Below, piece by piece: positions 1 through 14,200 of a stretch of 64,000 nt of DNA; position 1 is the stretch's first letter; every line of letters begins with the position of its first letter. Source of the stretch: Vermamoeba vermiformis. Its lineage: Eukaryota. Made by a program: the position numbers and the translations under genes. Under the pieces are notes generated by a model. That model did no database searches. It saw only the letters and a list, made by a program, of their open reading frames with translations, and was not told the origin of the DNA. The stretch is from the NCBI GenBank assembly GCA_045837725.1, contig JBEWZL010000272.1, forward strand, positions 248,001 through 312,000, in the 5' to 3' direction.

Positions 1-58
1 TTATTTGATAATGTTATCAAAAGCTGAAGATAGAGAGCTAATTATATAATATAAATAG

Positions 59-1747
59 ACTTCTCTTTGCAATCGCTCTACAATGAAGGTTTCGTCAATG
101 CTTGTCCTCTCGCCTCGCGCAGCACGATCTTCGTTGAGCCATCCAGCAACAACGCGTACTCGATCCAGCTTACTTCGTCTAACCAAGAGCTGCCTACTAC
201 TATTCCATGGAAGACCTTCGGTGATAAGGGCACTAAGGACTATATTCCCTTGCAGTACGTCACTTTGAAGCCACACATTGATCCCGTGGATGTGCAACTC
301 ACTTGGAAGGACCAAATGATTAATTACGGTACGTGCACTATCTATATACATAGTTGACGATGCATATATCATATTTTATATGAAGATTATATTTCGGAAC
401 GTGACCTATCTTCGTGTAACGGATCAGTTTACCTGGATCCGCTCACTTTTATTTTAGCCATATATTTGCAAAATTGACTTCTATAGTAACGCTTAATATA
501 CTAACCTATATTATCAGATGAATTGAACGCTCAAGTCGATATTTTGGCTCGTCGCTACGTTTCCGGATTTGGTCAACAACAAGGAGGTCTCGTCATGCAC
601 TTTGAAAATAAGAACAAGAAAGATATAGCCGTCTCTTATTATCAAGCTGTGCCCTGGTTCATGAAGCTCTATTTCCACACCTTGAAGATTGTTCAGAACG
701 GCGCGCAGATCAACCCTACAAACTGTAAGTCCTTTTTAACCCTTTAATTATAACTCCCTTTGAAATTATTATGAACAACTCATATAATATGATATACTTA
801 TGTTTATAGTTTATTTTTCTTTCGCTATTCGAACAAACAAAATGGATGCCGATCTGGCTAGATTTGGCTCGTGCTTTTTTTTCGAAAGGATTACTTAGAC
901 TAATATTATTGCATAGTCTTCTCGTTCAGAAGAATCGAACCAAGCGAAGACCGCAAAAGTCCAGCGATTATGGAGCTCGAATTCAAGTTGAAAGCCAACA
1001 CGACCACTTTCATCACGCTCGACTTTGACAAATGTTTCTTGCATTACACTGAACACCCGCCTGATGCTAATCGAGGATTTGATATTAGCGGTGCAGTCAT
1101 GACCATTCATTATGATCGAAACGCTGATGAAGGTAATTTCCTTTTATAGAAACCATCGCAAAGTTGCTGATCCGATCTGGATCTAACGCAAAAAAACATT
1201 CTCATTTTAACTTAAATTTTGTCTTATAATATGCTAATACGCGTACCATTACAATTGCATAATTATACTTTTGCAAATTGATATTTACGAAATCGAGATC
1301 TGACGTTGGATGTAACATTTTTCGTTTCAGTGAAAAAAGAAGGCATTCGCAGTTTGCACTACAACAATGGCCTCGAATGGTCTCCATTATTATACGATCG
1401 CAAACAATTGGCTGCAAATATTGCACCGAAGCAAGCGTCATTGCGCGTGTACACTGAAGGCATTTTAATGTCATTACCAACCCCTGATTTCAGTAAGAAA
1501 ATAACTTATATTATTATTACCATTTAAGGAAATGTCTTACTTAATTTTTCCTTATTTAGGCATGCCTTATAACGTTATTACATTGACTTGCACCGTTGTC
1601 GCTTTGTACTTTGGATCTGTCTTCAACACGTTAGAGCGCAGATACCGCGATGTGTTCATTGACAACGAGTTCGTGTCTGATAGACCGATATTCAAATTGT
1701 TGCGTAAGATTGGTGGTTTGTTCTCTGGAAAACAGAAGCAAAATTAA
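59..1747 (+). CDS. PIGT: GPI transamidase component PIG-T/Gpi16 (5'-partial, multi-exon)
   Basis: Spliced peptides YYQAVPWFMKLYFHTL, FLHYTEHPPDANRGFDI and VYTEGILMSLPTPDFS/MPYNVITLTCTVVALYFGS are hallmark PIG-T motifs; C-terminal TM helix; stop at 1745-1747. Confidence 0.93.
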
Positions 1748-1852
1748 TACACGAGATCTGATCCAACAAAAAACAATCGTTTAATTATTTTATAAATAAA
1801 TGTAAAAATTTTCCATAATTACAACACGCGGTATAAAAACACCTAGATTATA

Positions 1853-4800
1853 TTAGTGCGCGTAAGTTTTGCGTTTTTTCATCGCATTTCTCTCGACGTC
1901 ACTGTGCTTCTCTTCCTCGCCGTAAGATCGCTTCAATCTATTTGCAGGAGCTCTCAACGGCTGACCTCTCAACACACCTGGCACTTGGTGTCGTTGTGGG
2001 GACGGATAAGTTTGTTCTAAAGCTGCTACTTTCGTGTAATTTAGCGCGTAGTCGAGATACTCCTATATAAATAACTCATTAATTAGGATCAAACTGTTGA
2101 TTTTTTCCTTTTATGGCAAGTGCAATTTGATTGGTCAGAATGTTGGCACGTACCAATGCAGACGGAGTAATCCAGCGGAATTTCTGTTTGAGGTCATCGA
2201 GTGAAGTGCCCAACGCTTCTTTCAGCTCAATCAGAGTCAAGATGATTTGTGCTCTGAACGGATTCATGCTCGGGAACTTCGCTAAAAACAATTCGTGCTG
2301 CAAAAAAACATTGTCAGATCCAAATAAAAGATTTTCAGAACGTACTTTGCTCTCATCATCCAAGAGCCATTTCCGACTAGCCCATAACTCCAATGAACCA
2401 TTCCACTCAGTTGAGTTCTGCGCACAATGATGACACACGCGGCGGATCAGCTGTGCCAAATGTTTCACTGAAAATCCGTAGCGGATCTGCGTCTCGTTGG
2501 AGAAATAAACGGTCCACAACTGCATCTCTTGCAAGGCGGATTGATACTGTGGTCTGAAAGCAAGTTAATAAGTTCGTATTGCCTAATTAGGAAATGTTGT
2601 GCTTACTGCAGTATATCATCATCGACTTCTATTAATAGCCACACAGCGGGATATTTCAGGGCCAATTTGATGAGTTCTATTAATAGTTTTCGTTGTTCTT
2701 TTTCTTTGCCGTTATTCTGACCAGTCGAACTTGACGGAGGTTGCATTACCAAATTAGGCAATGTCGATAACTTTCTGATCACTACGCAAGTCTTATCGTC
2801 GATAATAATGTCTTCATTGAACGCCAATGTCCGTTCGATCAATTCAATGCGTTGTTTTTCTTGCAGTTCGCTCAACAAGTCTCTTCTTTGCAACAATTTC
2901 TCGCCAATGATCACTTTGATCGGAATCAATGCGCTCGGTGACTCTGGCCGTTCTGTGGCAGTGATGTCTGCCGTGATTGAAGACTCTGAAATTTCATTCA
3001 AATCCAACCCTGTACCACAAACAATAAGTTTTTTTGTTAAGGGCAAAATAAAGATGTCAAAAAACATTGAAAAACCCTGACTAAGAAAATATTCACGAGC
3101 TAATTGTTTACCTCCAATGTAGAGTGACTGAGGCCAGTTCATTTTTCCAGCGATGAACTCGGTGATGTTGATCGTGCGTACTTCAGAAAGCTTGTCGCTA
3201 TAGGATAATGCGGATCTGAAAAAAGCGTGTTAACGTCACTTGCCTTATTTGGTAATGAGAGATAGTACAAAGCCGTACCTTAATTTCTTAATCCAAGCCT
3301 CACACAGTCGCTCATTAGCCTCGTTTTGATGAACAGACTCGTCACGTGACGTGATCAATTTGACGTGTCTTGTAGCCCGATTGACTTTGTCACTGATGTC
3401 TAGGCCGTAGTCCTCGTACTCTATCACCCACGCAAAGTATGAGTACGGAAACTCCGAGTTCTTGGCTAGCGTCGTGACAGGCACGATCACAATGTCATTA
3501 GCGTGGACTAGGTTCGACCTGTCAAAAAACTTTGTTATAACCGATTTTCCTTATTTGGAAATAATGAGTAACTACGTACAACTGTGATTGGTTCATGTTG
3601 TCAGTCACGGTGCCGATCTCCAAATGAGTTTCGGGACTGCGATTCAATGCGACGATGATCTCACGGCCCAATTGCTCGTGTTCGATGACAATGAGACACT
3701 TGTTCTTTCTATTTGAAGTGGCGTCTTGCACCAATCGCGTGAAGAGGTTGATCTTTGGATGTGTCTGGAACAACCCCGCATCAATTTCTTGCTGACACCT
3801 CAACAGCTCCTCATGCAGGTCTTTCAACATTTCTGCACGAGAAATTAGTGCAAAGAACCACGTGGCATGTACACGAGTCTACTGACCTTGAATAGACTTG
3901 CCATATTTGGGATGTTGCATGGCTGAGGCGAGGCCGTGCACCGCTGACAAGATGCCGTAATGGACCAAGTATCCGTCGGCTTTGGCGAGTACGTAAGCGC
4001 ACACGAGTAGCTTCATGAGCTCGACTAGCATGGCACTCATGCCTTGTGATTGACCCGCAGGCACGTCTTTGATCGTTTGTGCGAGTTGATCGATCAAGTA
4101 CTTGGTCTGTGTTGCTGACAGCAGGACTCGATCTTCGGGCAATTCGATCACTGAAGTCTCTTTGATCTGCGAGATGAGCTCTTGTTGAAAGGCTGACACG
4201 ACATCCAGCATTCTGAATATTTCATCTAACGCAGTATTAGTCCTGTCGTATGCATAGAATGAAGTACACTTACCGCTCAATGGAACAAAAATCTTCTCCG
4301 CGAGACACGCGCTGCTCTTCACGTCCGCGTCAGTTTTCAATACACTAACAATTGAGTCTATTTTGAGGTCACGCAACACATGCAGGAAGACTTGGAATGA
4401 GCTCGGTGCAATTGACGAGTATAGGACGACTCGAGCTGACACGGGCAACAGCTTCATGAACTCCTTTGCCGTTGAGGTCGGCTGTTCCCAATTGACAGTG
4501 TTGTCGAGGAAGAGCATGTGTGCTGTTGAGAGCTGTTGTAATACACTGTCGCACGTGTCAAAACAATAATACTACGAGGTCAAGTCACGTTACCTTTTCT
4601 TCATGACAGTGCCTTGCACGGCTTGTTCGTTCACTATTAGCAACGCAGGCTCGCCTTGCTTTACAGTCGGTGCAGCGAATCCTTTTGACACAAGGTGCTG
4701 TTGTAACAACAGTTAACACGAGGTCAGGTCAATTACCAAATTAGGTAAGGGACGTACGACAGCCTCATTAAGCACAGGCTTTACCAAGGCCATGACGTTG

Positions 4801-7288
4801 TTGCTCTGTTCTTCGTCACTGCAGAGCCAAATGACGGGTGTTTTCATGACGGAAACAATGTTGTAGCACAGGTACAGAATGACTTGCGACAACGCAACGG
4901 ACTTTGGCGCCAATAGCACACTTTGTCCAGACAGTCTTATGACCTCCGCTAAGCTCGTCTACGGACCGTTAATTGTGCACAAATAAAACGAACTAGGACT
5001 ACTAACCTTGTATTCGTCGTAACTTCCTTCAGTCGGGGATTTGAGCCGATATTTTCTGTCCCAAATACTCTTTGGCAACGTGCTCTCCACGGACACACCA
5101 CGAAGTTTCATGTACTCTAGTAACGGGTCCTAGCAGGGTAACATTAATCTCTGATTGTTGTAACGGCTAGAGCGCAACATCACGTACCTCTTCCAAGATT
5201 GATGGTGTACGAGCCTGTTGTTTCGTCGTAGTCGCTGCTGAAGGTGCACTTGATCGCACTGGTGGTTGTGCAACAGGAGGTTTGGCAGGTCTAGGCGAGT
5301 TGTACTGAAGAGATCTGTTCATTGACACGTTTGTCACCGGTGTCACGGGTCCACTTCGCGTGTCACATCGTGAGATTGACTCGTGCAAGAAGCTCCTGTC
5401 GACACTATCTGGAGGCAGCAAGTTATCAAGGACTTGCGAGAACGTCATCACGCTCGGCAAAGACTCGACCATTGAGATATAGTTGTAGATCAGACCTGAA
5501 ATTCGGATCCGTTCAGCAAGTGCCCAAAACATTATGGCTCGTATCACTTACCCTTGCAATTATCGTTGTAATCAATACATGACTCGGTCTTATCTTTCAA
5601 TGACTTCAAGTATCGCGAGTCCTCCTATTCGTACGAATAGTTAGAGTCACGTGCCATTGGCTCATAAACTCACATCAGTATTCTCTTCCTTGATCTTATT
5701 CAACTGAAATTCTATGTAGGACACGTCGGTCTTATCTATTAAAATAGTTAATATCTGTATATGGCTCATTATTAAGACTATACCTCCAATCAGAGTGTTG
5801 GTGGAGAAGCCCGGTACGCGGTCAAAAACTTCGTTCAAATCCATCTCGGGCTCGTCGTTGTCAACATCCATGGTCTTATACTCTGTAGTATCGAACTCGA
5901 TGCTCGATCTATACTTATCGAGTCCTTCGCGTTGCCAGTAAGACTTCAGATCGAGTTCTAACTGCATCGTGTGCACGAGTTCAAAACGAACTTGGCGCAA
6001 CAGATCTCGAAGACGAAACGACCTCTTGCTATCGTCAGGTATAATAGGTGCTATAATATATTAGCGTACAATGCATAGTAAGGCACAACTTACCTTTGAG
6101 GGGCTTCACTGTTGGATCGTGGAACGCGATCTCGTCGTCCCAAAGTCTCGATTCGAACTCTTGCAGTATGCTTGCTGAACGCTCTTCAACCTCTCTGAAA
6201 GCATTGTCAAGCACTTTTAGTTCTTTCAGAACAAACTTGGAAACCACGTTGACCGGACAAATGCCCGCGAAAGTCTCGCACTGGTCCAAGTACGGAGCAT
6301 TGTTGAACTCTAAGGAGACATCTAATAGATCTGTCTCAGTAGTATGTGATAATGAGGCAGTATCTATTATCGCATCTTCGTCTTGAAGGAATGATATGTT
6401 GCATAGGTGCTCCGTGTAACGGCTTTCAAGTTGCGGAGACAGATCCACGATGGCACGCGGTCCGAGTAGCTTCTCAAGACTAGAGAAACCTTTCTTATGA
6501 TATTCCGCTGGATATTCGAAGACTTCTATCTCGTAAAAAGATTGAGAAGTATCTAATTTAGGGTAAATAAGAGTTTGAAAGCAGCAAGATCTTGGCGTAC
6601 CGAAGCCGAAATCCAATATTGCTGACGTATCACGAATAACCTGTGGCTCGTAAGACTTATAGGCCATATCTCCATAGATCTCACTATGAAAAAATGTCGG
6701 TTGAGATTTCGTATGCTCAATTATACCTTTCTGTAAAGGCCGGAAATTCTGCTTGGATGTGGATCGGTTTCAACTCATTCACAAACGATTCTGCTAGTGT
6801 ACGCGACAAACCATGTGTGTGTAGGTAATCTTTTGACTCTGCAACCTCCATTTCAGCGAAAGTAGGCTCTACCAAAATAATTAGATTCTCGCGTACTGGC
6901 AGCGAAATAATTATTATACCAATAGAAGCGTTCATAGAAACGCGTTCGTAATTAATAGGGAGTATATTATATCCATCTAAGCCAAATTGAAGCTTTTCCT
7001 CGTAAAGACACAACGCCTCGCGTAGTACAAGTGAATCTGTAAGATCGGATGCGCTGCGGTCCGTCAGCGGTTCCAGCAAGTCATATTGAGGTCTGTTCCT
7101 AGTTAAAGACTCGTCCTTATATCGGGGAATATTGTCTACATATGTGAGACGTACCTTATTGGCGAGTTTTCATCGCATCCAGGCAGGGACAAGTGCTGTC
7201 CTCGCGAGTTGACTTCAAGCCGATACTTCTCGCTCGCCTCTTTGTAATAATCCCTGAGTTTGTAGCGTACCTGCATCATTGACGCCAT
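1853..7288 (-). CDS. SHOC1: Shortage in chiasmata 1 (SHOC1/Zip2/MZIP2)-like meiotic crossover protein, multi-exon
   Basis: N-terminal VRYKLRDYY; helicase-remnant HPKINLF...CLIVIE; FPYSYFAWVIEY motif; XPF-like region IELIERTL...DIIIDDKTCVVI...LALKYPAVWLLIE; HhH-like ELFLAKFPSMNPFRAQIIL. ATG at 7288, TAA at 1853-1855. Confidence 0.8.
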
Positions 7289-7643
7289 ATTCGCAACAAA
7301 CTGAGCTGTTGTTGCGGCCTCGAGTAAAGTTCTGAAAATAGACACAAAAAAAGTTAGAAATAGCCGTTGTTAAATTAGTAATTAGTTTAGAAATAGCACT
7401 TACTGATTCGCCACTATTGCTTCGAGACTGCCATCAAGTTCCTGCTGCGTTGAGATGAAGTTGTTTGTGAGTCACATCCGCGCGTTTTCGTTTTAAATTC
7501 CTAGTGTACAACTATGAAGCTATTTATTATTTTGCTAATACTACAAACCGCAATCAACGCCTTTGAATTAAAAGACGTCAATACTGTTGTTAGAATTAAT
7601 TATTGCATTTTCTGAAATAATTAATTCAAAACTGTTGGATCTT

Positions 7644-8456
7644 TTACTCGTCGGCGGGAGTTTCCTTTTCCTCCTCGTGATGCTCCTCGTGGTGCTCCTC
7701 AGCAGCAGGCTCTTCGTGGTTGTGCTCTTCGTGGTGTTCTTCGTGGTGCTCCTCGTGGTGTTCTTGAGCGGGTTGTTCAGCGGCGGGTTCCTCGTGGTGC
7801 TCTTCGTGGTGGGATTCCAGTTGAGCGTGAGACTTGGGAGAAGAAGATCCGTTGTTGCCACTGCTAACTTCAACGGAGGCGCGTTTGCCGTCCTTATTAT
7901 CGGCTACGACCTTCTCAACACCAGAGAACTTGGTGGTTTGAGGAGCCCACTTCTTGGCGTGCTTTTCACCACCAAAACCTTCGTCATAATTGCCTAAAAA
8001 TAACGCGAATACAGTCAATATAAAGATCGTCGCGCGGAGAGTAAACTAAGCAAACAGATCACAAGATTCCTTTTGTTTGATCGGAAAACAAAAACGTTAC
8101 CTTTCAAGGCGAAAAGTTGCTTGAAGTGAGGCTTGCAATAGTAGACACCACCCATAGAAGCGTAATTTCCGGGAGATAAAGTCTTGCTGCAGTGAGTGCA
8201 CTTCAAGCATCCTATCCAACGGCTCGGTTAAAATTCATCTCGGATTAAATTTTAATTTTGCAAGTTTAATTACCAGTTTTGTGGAAAACTTTATCTTCTA
8301 CGGCGATCATTTCCATAGCCTGCATATTAACGACAAACGTTAGAAAGTCAAGCAACCAAAAAATATCATCGGCATCCGCGCACGTACGTAGACAGTTTTA
8401 CCGCAAGTGGCGCATTTGTTGTTAACGCTACCGGTTCTAGGCTTGACGGCGGCCAT
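7644..8456 (-). CDS. Single-LIM-domain protein with His/Glu-rich C-terminal tail (4 exons)
   Basis: Spliced: [70 protein letters not shown] (plant-LIM/EPLIN-type LIM domain), followed by EEHH repeats. Confidence 0.92.
7668..7812 (-). repeat. Coding 12-bp-unit repeat encoding (E)EHH tetrapeptides
   Basis: GTGGTG(C/T)TC(C/T)TC units recur on the + strand; translates as HHEEHHEE...[13 protein letters not shown]. Confidence 0.85.
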
Positions 8457-9604
8457 TTCTGATGTGTTTTGTGTGGTGAAGGTGGAGGAGGTTTAATAAA
8501 AAAGGCCATGCACGATTGAATTTGAATGCGGGGTGCCCTGGGAAAATTCAAACTGACGAATCATAGAGCTCCAATTTGTATCTCGATTCGGGAGATTCAT
8601 TGGTTACACGAGTTTGAATGCCCCTTAATGTAAATATAACGTAACGATCGTGCATCACGGACGTTGCTAACCGAGATCCAGCGACCCGTCAGCGAAAATG
8701 CAATTTCGGACTATTTTGCTACAGATCTTGCACTTTGTTCAAAACTTGACTATCTTCTACCGTCGAAATAGCACTTGATTCGAGCATTCGATTTTTTTTC
8801 TGAATTATTGGCAATTTTCTAACCGCATCTTCAGTGGACCAGCTCTGGACCCCACAATTTGCGTTGAATTTTGAAATCATCTAATACTACGGGTGTCAGA
8901 TTATAGGATTTAATCAATTTCGAGTTAATTAACGCATGCAAGCACAAGTTGAACTAAATTTTATTTTTACGACCTGCCATCTTGTCAGAAACACAATTGA
9001 TCCATTTCGCACACCTAACCTAGGCTCAATGCTAAGTAGATTCGCACCTATCTCGATTTACAATTTAGTTAAGCTTAAGGAAGGTGCTAGTTGAGCTAAC
9101 GAAATTTTTGGGCAATTGATCAACAATCGAAAAGGAACGCTTTATAATCCAAAATTGCGCAAAAATAGGTTAAAATTAGGTACTTGTAGCGTAATGGAAA
9201 CTTAAGTGGTTAGATCAGAAAAACATCCGCGTTATTGGCGGAACCATATTGGTGGTGTCCGAGTTGATAAATGATAAAAAGAAGAAAAAACAAAAAAGAC
9301 CATTTATTTTCCTAAAGAGGAAACACAACCACGAAGAGAGAGGGAGGAGGAGGAAAGTAAAGAACAGAAAAAAAAAAAAGATACGGACAAAAGGCATAGA
9401 ACAAAGAAAATTATGACCGCATATTCATCCGAGGAAGGGACCAATACGTCGAACGACAAAAGAAGGATTGAGGAGGGGGGAAAACCCCGAAGAAAGAATC
9501 AGAGGCGCGGACGCCGACCTCATGTCCTGGCCGCAGGGTTGCCTTTCAGCACCGCCTACCTTTCAATCCTCGGACGCTCTACCATCACTTTTAAACAATG
9601 GCTA

Positions 9605-10982
9605 ATGAAGAGCAACCGACCAACTGCTGATATCACCTTGTTGCTCGATCAGTTACTGGGAGTGACGGACGACGGATGCGTACGTATTAATTATATTCAT
9701 GTGCTTTATTTAAAGGGTCGTTTAGATGTCTTGGTTGGTTCGCTGGGCAATACACAATAATCCGCGAGGTCTCAGAAGAGCAATCGATAATTTCGTGTTC
9801 CCTACTGGCACCCACTGGGAAGTTGCTGCGGAACAAATCAGTCACGAACGACTTTACGTGTCTCAGTGCATTGCGTATGCTTATCTAGGTTACTTTTTTG
9901 GTTGTTCTGTCTTTCGGGTATGCTGATAATTCATTGATTGTTCTATTAGTTCTATGTAGGCTTTTAGTGACTTATTTTTTCAGGTTAAATATGGCCCTGC
10001 CTGGTTTGGTAAACTACGCTTCAATATTTCAAATTTTAAATTCATAAAACTAATCAATTTCTGCAGTGACTAGATTACGACTAAATTGCATCAAACTATT
10101 AGAATCCGAGGCGCATATTGACGAAGAAGAGCGGTATATTCTCGAGAGATTTATCGTACTTGGTTCAGCGTTCTTGGCAAATCCAACGCTGGGAGATCTA
10201 TGCCTATTCAACGCACCGTATTTCGATTTAAGAATACTGACCCGAGTTTTAAAAGATCCCAAATTCGTCATTCATGGCACCATATTTGATTTGCGAGCCA
10301 AACAATGGCCAAGCCTATTTGATCTAACGTACAGATTCACCTTGAATATTCCCGATAGTATCCCCAATGACGTTAGAGTTGCTTAGTATTTTGTAACTGT
10401 AGTAGTATTATGTTGTTAGGACTATATAAATTTCCTTGTACATAACGAGAGAAACAACATGTGCTTACAAATTTTTATCAGATCATTAACGAGCATGTCA
10501 GCAACACCAAACGTTCGATCAGCATTCACGAACAACGGCGCTCAAGTCGTGTTTGGAAATACATTAGAGGGTGATGCTAATCCTTTGCGAGAGCCCTTTG
10601 AATTCAATCAGAACGGACCTGTTGGATCGGTCATCTCGCAACTCGTTATTCATCGAGATCAAAGCAATGCAGAAATGACAAAATTATTAGATAAGCTTCG
10701 TGGTGAAGGTAAGTATAGTAGACTTAACGTCTCATATATCTCTTAAACTTCAGTTAAAAAATCTTACAAAATTCGCTAAAATTATTCTGAGCAATAATTA
10801 AACGTAAATAATGCAAAATATACTCAATAGAATTATTGTAATATTTTATAAGCATTTTTTGAATTTATTCGCTTCGTGTATTAAAAATTAGATCAGGTGC
10901 GCTTCCAAAAACCGCCAAGGTGAAAGAAGAGGATGAAGAAGCTGAAGAATACGAGTCTGATGAATCAGTTGGCGATGAATAG
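9605..10982 (+). CDS. Hypothetical protein, multi-exon, acidic C-terminus
   Basis: ORF segments 9605-, 9726-, 10066-, 10459- are bounded by GT-AG sites; last exon ends EEDEEAEEYESDESVGDE*. No domain recognised. Confidence 0.55.
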
Positions 10983-11220
10983 ATCAATATTGTGAATAGT
11001 CTTTAGAATATTAAAGTATTGTAAATTAGATCGAGATCTTCGACTTCAGCGGTTCAGCAATCACTACAACAACCCTTATTATTCATTAGAAGTAAGCACT
11101 ACTTACATCAGACGCGGTAATTATAACCGAATAATACCTTTGGTCTGACCAGATTCGATCGAATGGATTTGGTTTGCGCGTAATAATCAACGATTAATTA
11201 AAATAGCTTAGCAGGTAGGT

Positions 11221-14200
11221 TTATTTATTAGCAGGACATCCTTTAAGATAATGAATAGCTTCAAGCGCTACTACGTGCTCGCAATCATGCGGGGTCATAG
11301 CGATCAGAAGTGGCTTAGTGTAGCTGAATGACTTGTAGTTCAAATGAGGCAATCGGCACGTGGTCGAACCTTCCCCGCCTTTCTTTGCAGGAATTCGTCG
11401 GTACTCGGCCTTCTGATGCTTATTGACCTCCAATAATTCCGCTAAGATCTCTTTCGGCAATTCTTTTTCGGGCCATTCGCGTGGTCTGAATTGCGTTGGA
11501 ATTCCACAATTTGAACACAACGGAACAGCTTTGTAGCCTGTATTTTTCAACGGCTTCTTGCCAATGTTTCTCAACACGTTATTGATCTCCTCGATGACGG
11601 CAGGATTAAGTTGCAAAATTTCTTCAGGGATGGTCAATAACAACTCGTCTAGCTTGGCTAATATGAATCGCATGCACACTCGTTTGAGATTTAACGCGTT
11701 GAAAAAGCAGGCTGCGTCCAATAACGCACAAACATTCTCGCGAGCCACGCTCTTGAGCAACTCAGTCTCGCATCTGAAAACAGCATTAGACCTCATATTC
11801 ATAATAAAAGTATCACAGCCGCCGGTCTTATAATGAATCCTTAACGCGTTGCTTACCTCTTCTTCAGCTGTTCAAAATCGAAGATCGTAGTTTGACACAT
11901 CAAGTCAAACACTTTCTGCGTGTCATCAGCGTCAATCTGATCCGAGTAAGTATATCGCATGAGCTCTTTGAACAATTCAAAGTCAATTTCATCAACTGCG
12001 ATCTGTCGCTCTCGACTCTCACGGAATCGACCGCTGAACATGTTGTCGAAGTAGCTGCTGCGTGCTGCAATGACACAACGATGAGCGAACCACTTGTTGG
12101 TGCCTTCAATGATGATTTCAACATCTATCAACGCACATATTAGTACCAATTATATTACTTTTGTTTGGTGAAAGAAATTAGAAAGATTCAGTGACAGCGA
12201 ATTTTTCGAGTTGCTATATTAGGCAAAACTTACCGCTGAACAATGGATTGTTAATGCCCCACGACAAGTCGCTATTGAGAGTGGAGGTCGGGAAGACTAA
12301 GGTAGACCTATAATGATATGTTAATATTGCTATATTAGCGGATCTCATATGATGACTTACGTTGAAATGCCCGTGCAAATTCTAGCGAGTTGCGAGAGCT
12401 GGAAGTATTGTGCGAGAGGCAACAAGTTCATTGCATTTTGAGGCGTCAAAGTGACACGATCGGAGTACAAATACTCGAGCTGAAAAGAAAAGTGTCAGAT
12501 CCAGAATCAGTCAAAATATTTCCTTATTAGGAAAGTGCACGTTAAGAGTTACGTACCATTTGCTTGAAAGTGTTATAATCGAATTCTTCTAAATAAATAT
12601 CGCTGTGTTGATTCAAAAAGATTTTGTGCTCGTCTTTGTCTTTTTGTTCCTCTTCGATTTGTTTTTCTTCTTCAGTCATTTCTTTATTATTATTCTCTTC
12701 TTCATCTTTCAATAAATTTTCAACTTGATTTGCTTCGTTTTCATTTTGAGATTGATCGGGATTTTCATTATGTTTGTTGATAATTTCTTGGCTGGCTTTC
12801 AATTTATCCGCTGATCTTTGTTTGTACTCGCCAATAACTTCTTGCGTAATTCGGCGAATTTCTTGCGGGTCAGTAATATCTTTAATTCGCAAAAGAATTC
12901 TTCTGAACGGGATGGATCTCGCCGCCAAGACGATCTTGTGCGCATCGATCTTTTGGTTATCAGCAAAGTGCAAAGTGACATCACAGTATCGCTTATTATT
13001 CAATAAGCCCAACAATTCTTCACCGATCTTTGATGCGAATGTTTCTAAACGCAGTTAGAATTTTTTTTCCAAAAAAGGAAATTTCTTCGACTTGTTGCAC
13101 TTACCGGTGGATTTCAAGTTTCTCAGCACGTGGATGTCGCGTCTTTTAATGACTTCATTGCCTACCATAGTCTCGTCTTGCGTACCAACAGCTTTTTGTG
13201 TGGCCAAGAAGTAGATCTTGTCGTCAACCAAAGCCGAGCAATGTAGACCACTAATGTACTCGCTCTATGCATACCTCATCAATATCATATTCAATATAGA
13301 GTCTAGCTAGGCACTTACGACAACTTCTTCGTGATCTTCGACGTGTTTGACTTTAGGTTGGGTGACAATATTACCAGCAACACTGACACCATAAGCACGC
13401 TTAGAAACTGAAAAAAAGGTTAAAACGACATTAAATTAGCTTATTAAATGATATTACTTGGTTCAAGAATGAAGACAGTGTTCAAAGTAATGTTCTTGCT
13501 CATGCCACCGAAGATAAAAATGTTAGATCCGACCAAGTGCGCGGAGTGGTAGCTCATTGCAGGCAAGGTTCCCTTAACTATGTCATATATAATTGGTTAG
13601 TACTAGGCATCTATACGATTCATCATAACAAATCAAGTTCGTACTTTCGATTTGGCTCCAGGTAAAGTTCCTCATAGAGAAGGCCCAAATGTCATTCAAC
13701 TCGACGCCATCTTCGTGGACACCTCCGATAATAAACAGAGTCTATTATAGCGTTAATAGGTATGGACTATTGAAGAAGCACGTGGGACTTACGTCTAAAG
13801 CGGGATGATAAACGGCTGCGTGTGCGTGACGAGGGGCAGGTTTGACGGCGCCTTTACCTGGGATCTTGATCTCTTCGACGGACAAGTAAGTACCAGTATG
13901 ACGACGTCGAGGTAAAGACGGGTGAGTGGTGGCTAACAAAGAATACGTATTAGATAGGGCAACGGAAGAAATGATGTTCGAAAGCAGATTTGGATCGTAC
14001 TTTTTCGTTTCCACGTAATCTCGTACAAGGCATTAGATGAAGTGTGTTTGGTCATCTTTCCACCAAACACAATCATTCTAGTGCCCACATTAGTCGTCGT
14101 GTGATAGCTAAGGGCTGGCAAGGTGCCTTCAACTCGTTTGTCAGACCAGTGATCTTCCCAATACTGCATAATAACCTAAAAAATATTCGTTAAATACGAA

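Noticed and set aside
3500-3525. GGTTCGAC T-loop-like word suggesting a tRNA
   Set aside because: No cloverleaf can be built around it, and it overlaps a SHOC1 exon boundary.
7587-7997. Very hydrophobic 136-aa + strand ORF resembling a membrane protein
   Set aside because: Antisense reading of the EEHH repeat of the LIM gene.
9215-9500. Purine-rich tract and Phe-rich minus-strand ORF
   Set aside because: Low-complexity promoter or 5' UTR sequence; the ORF is a compositional artefact.
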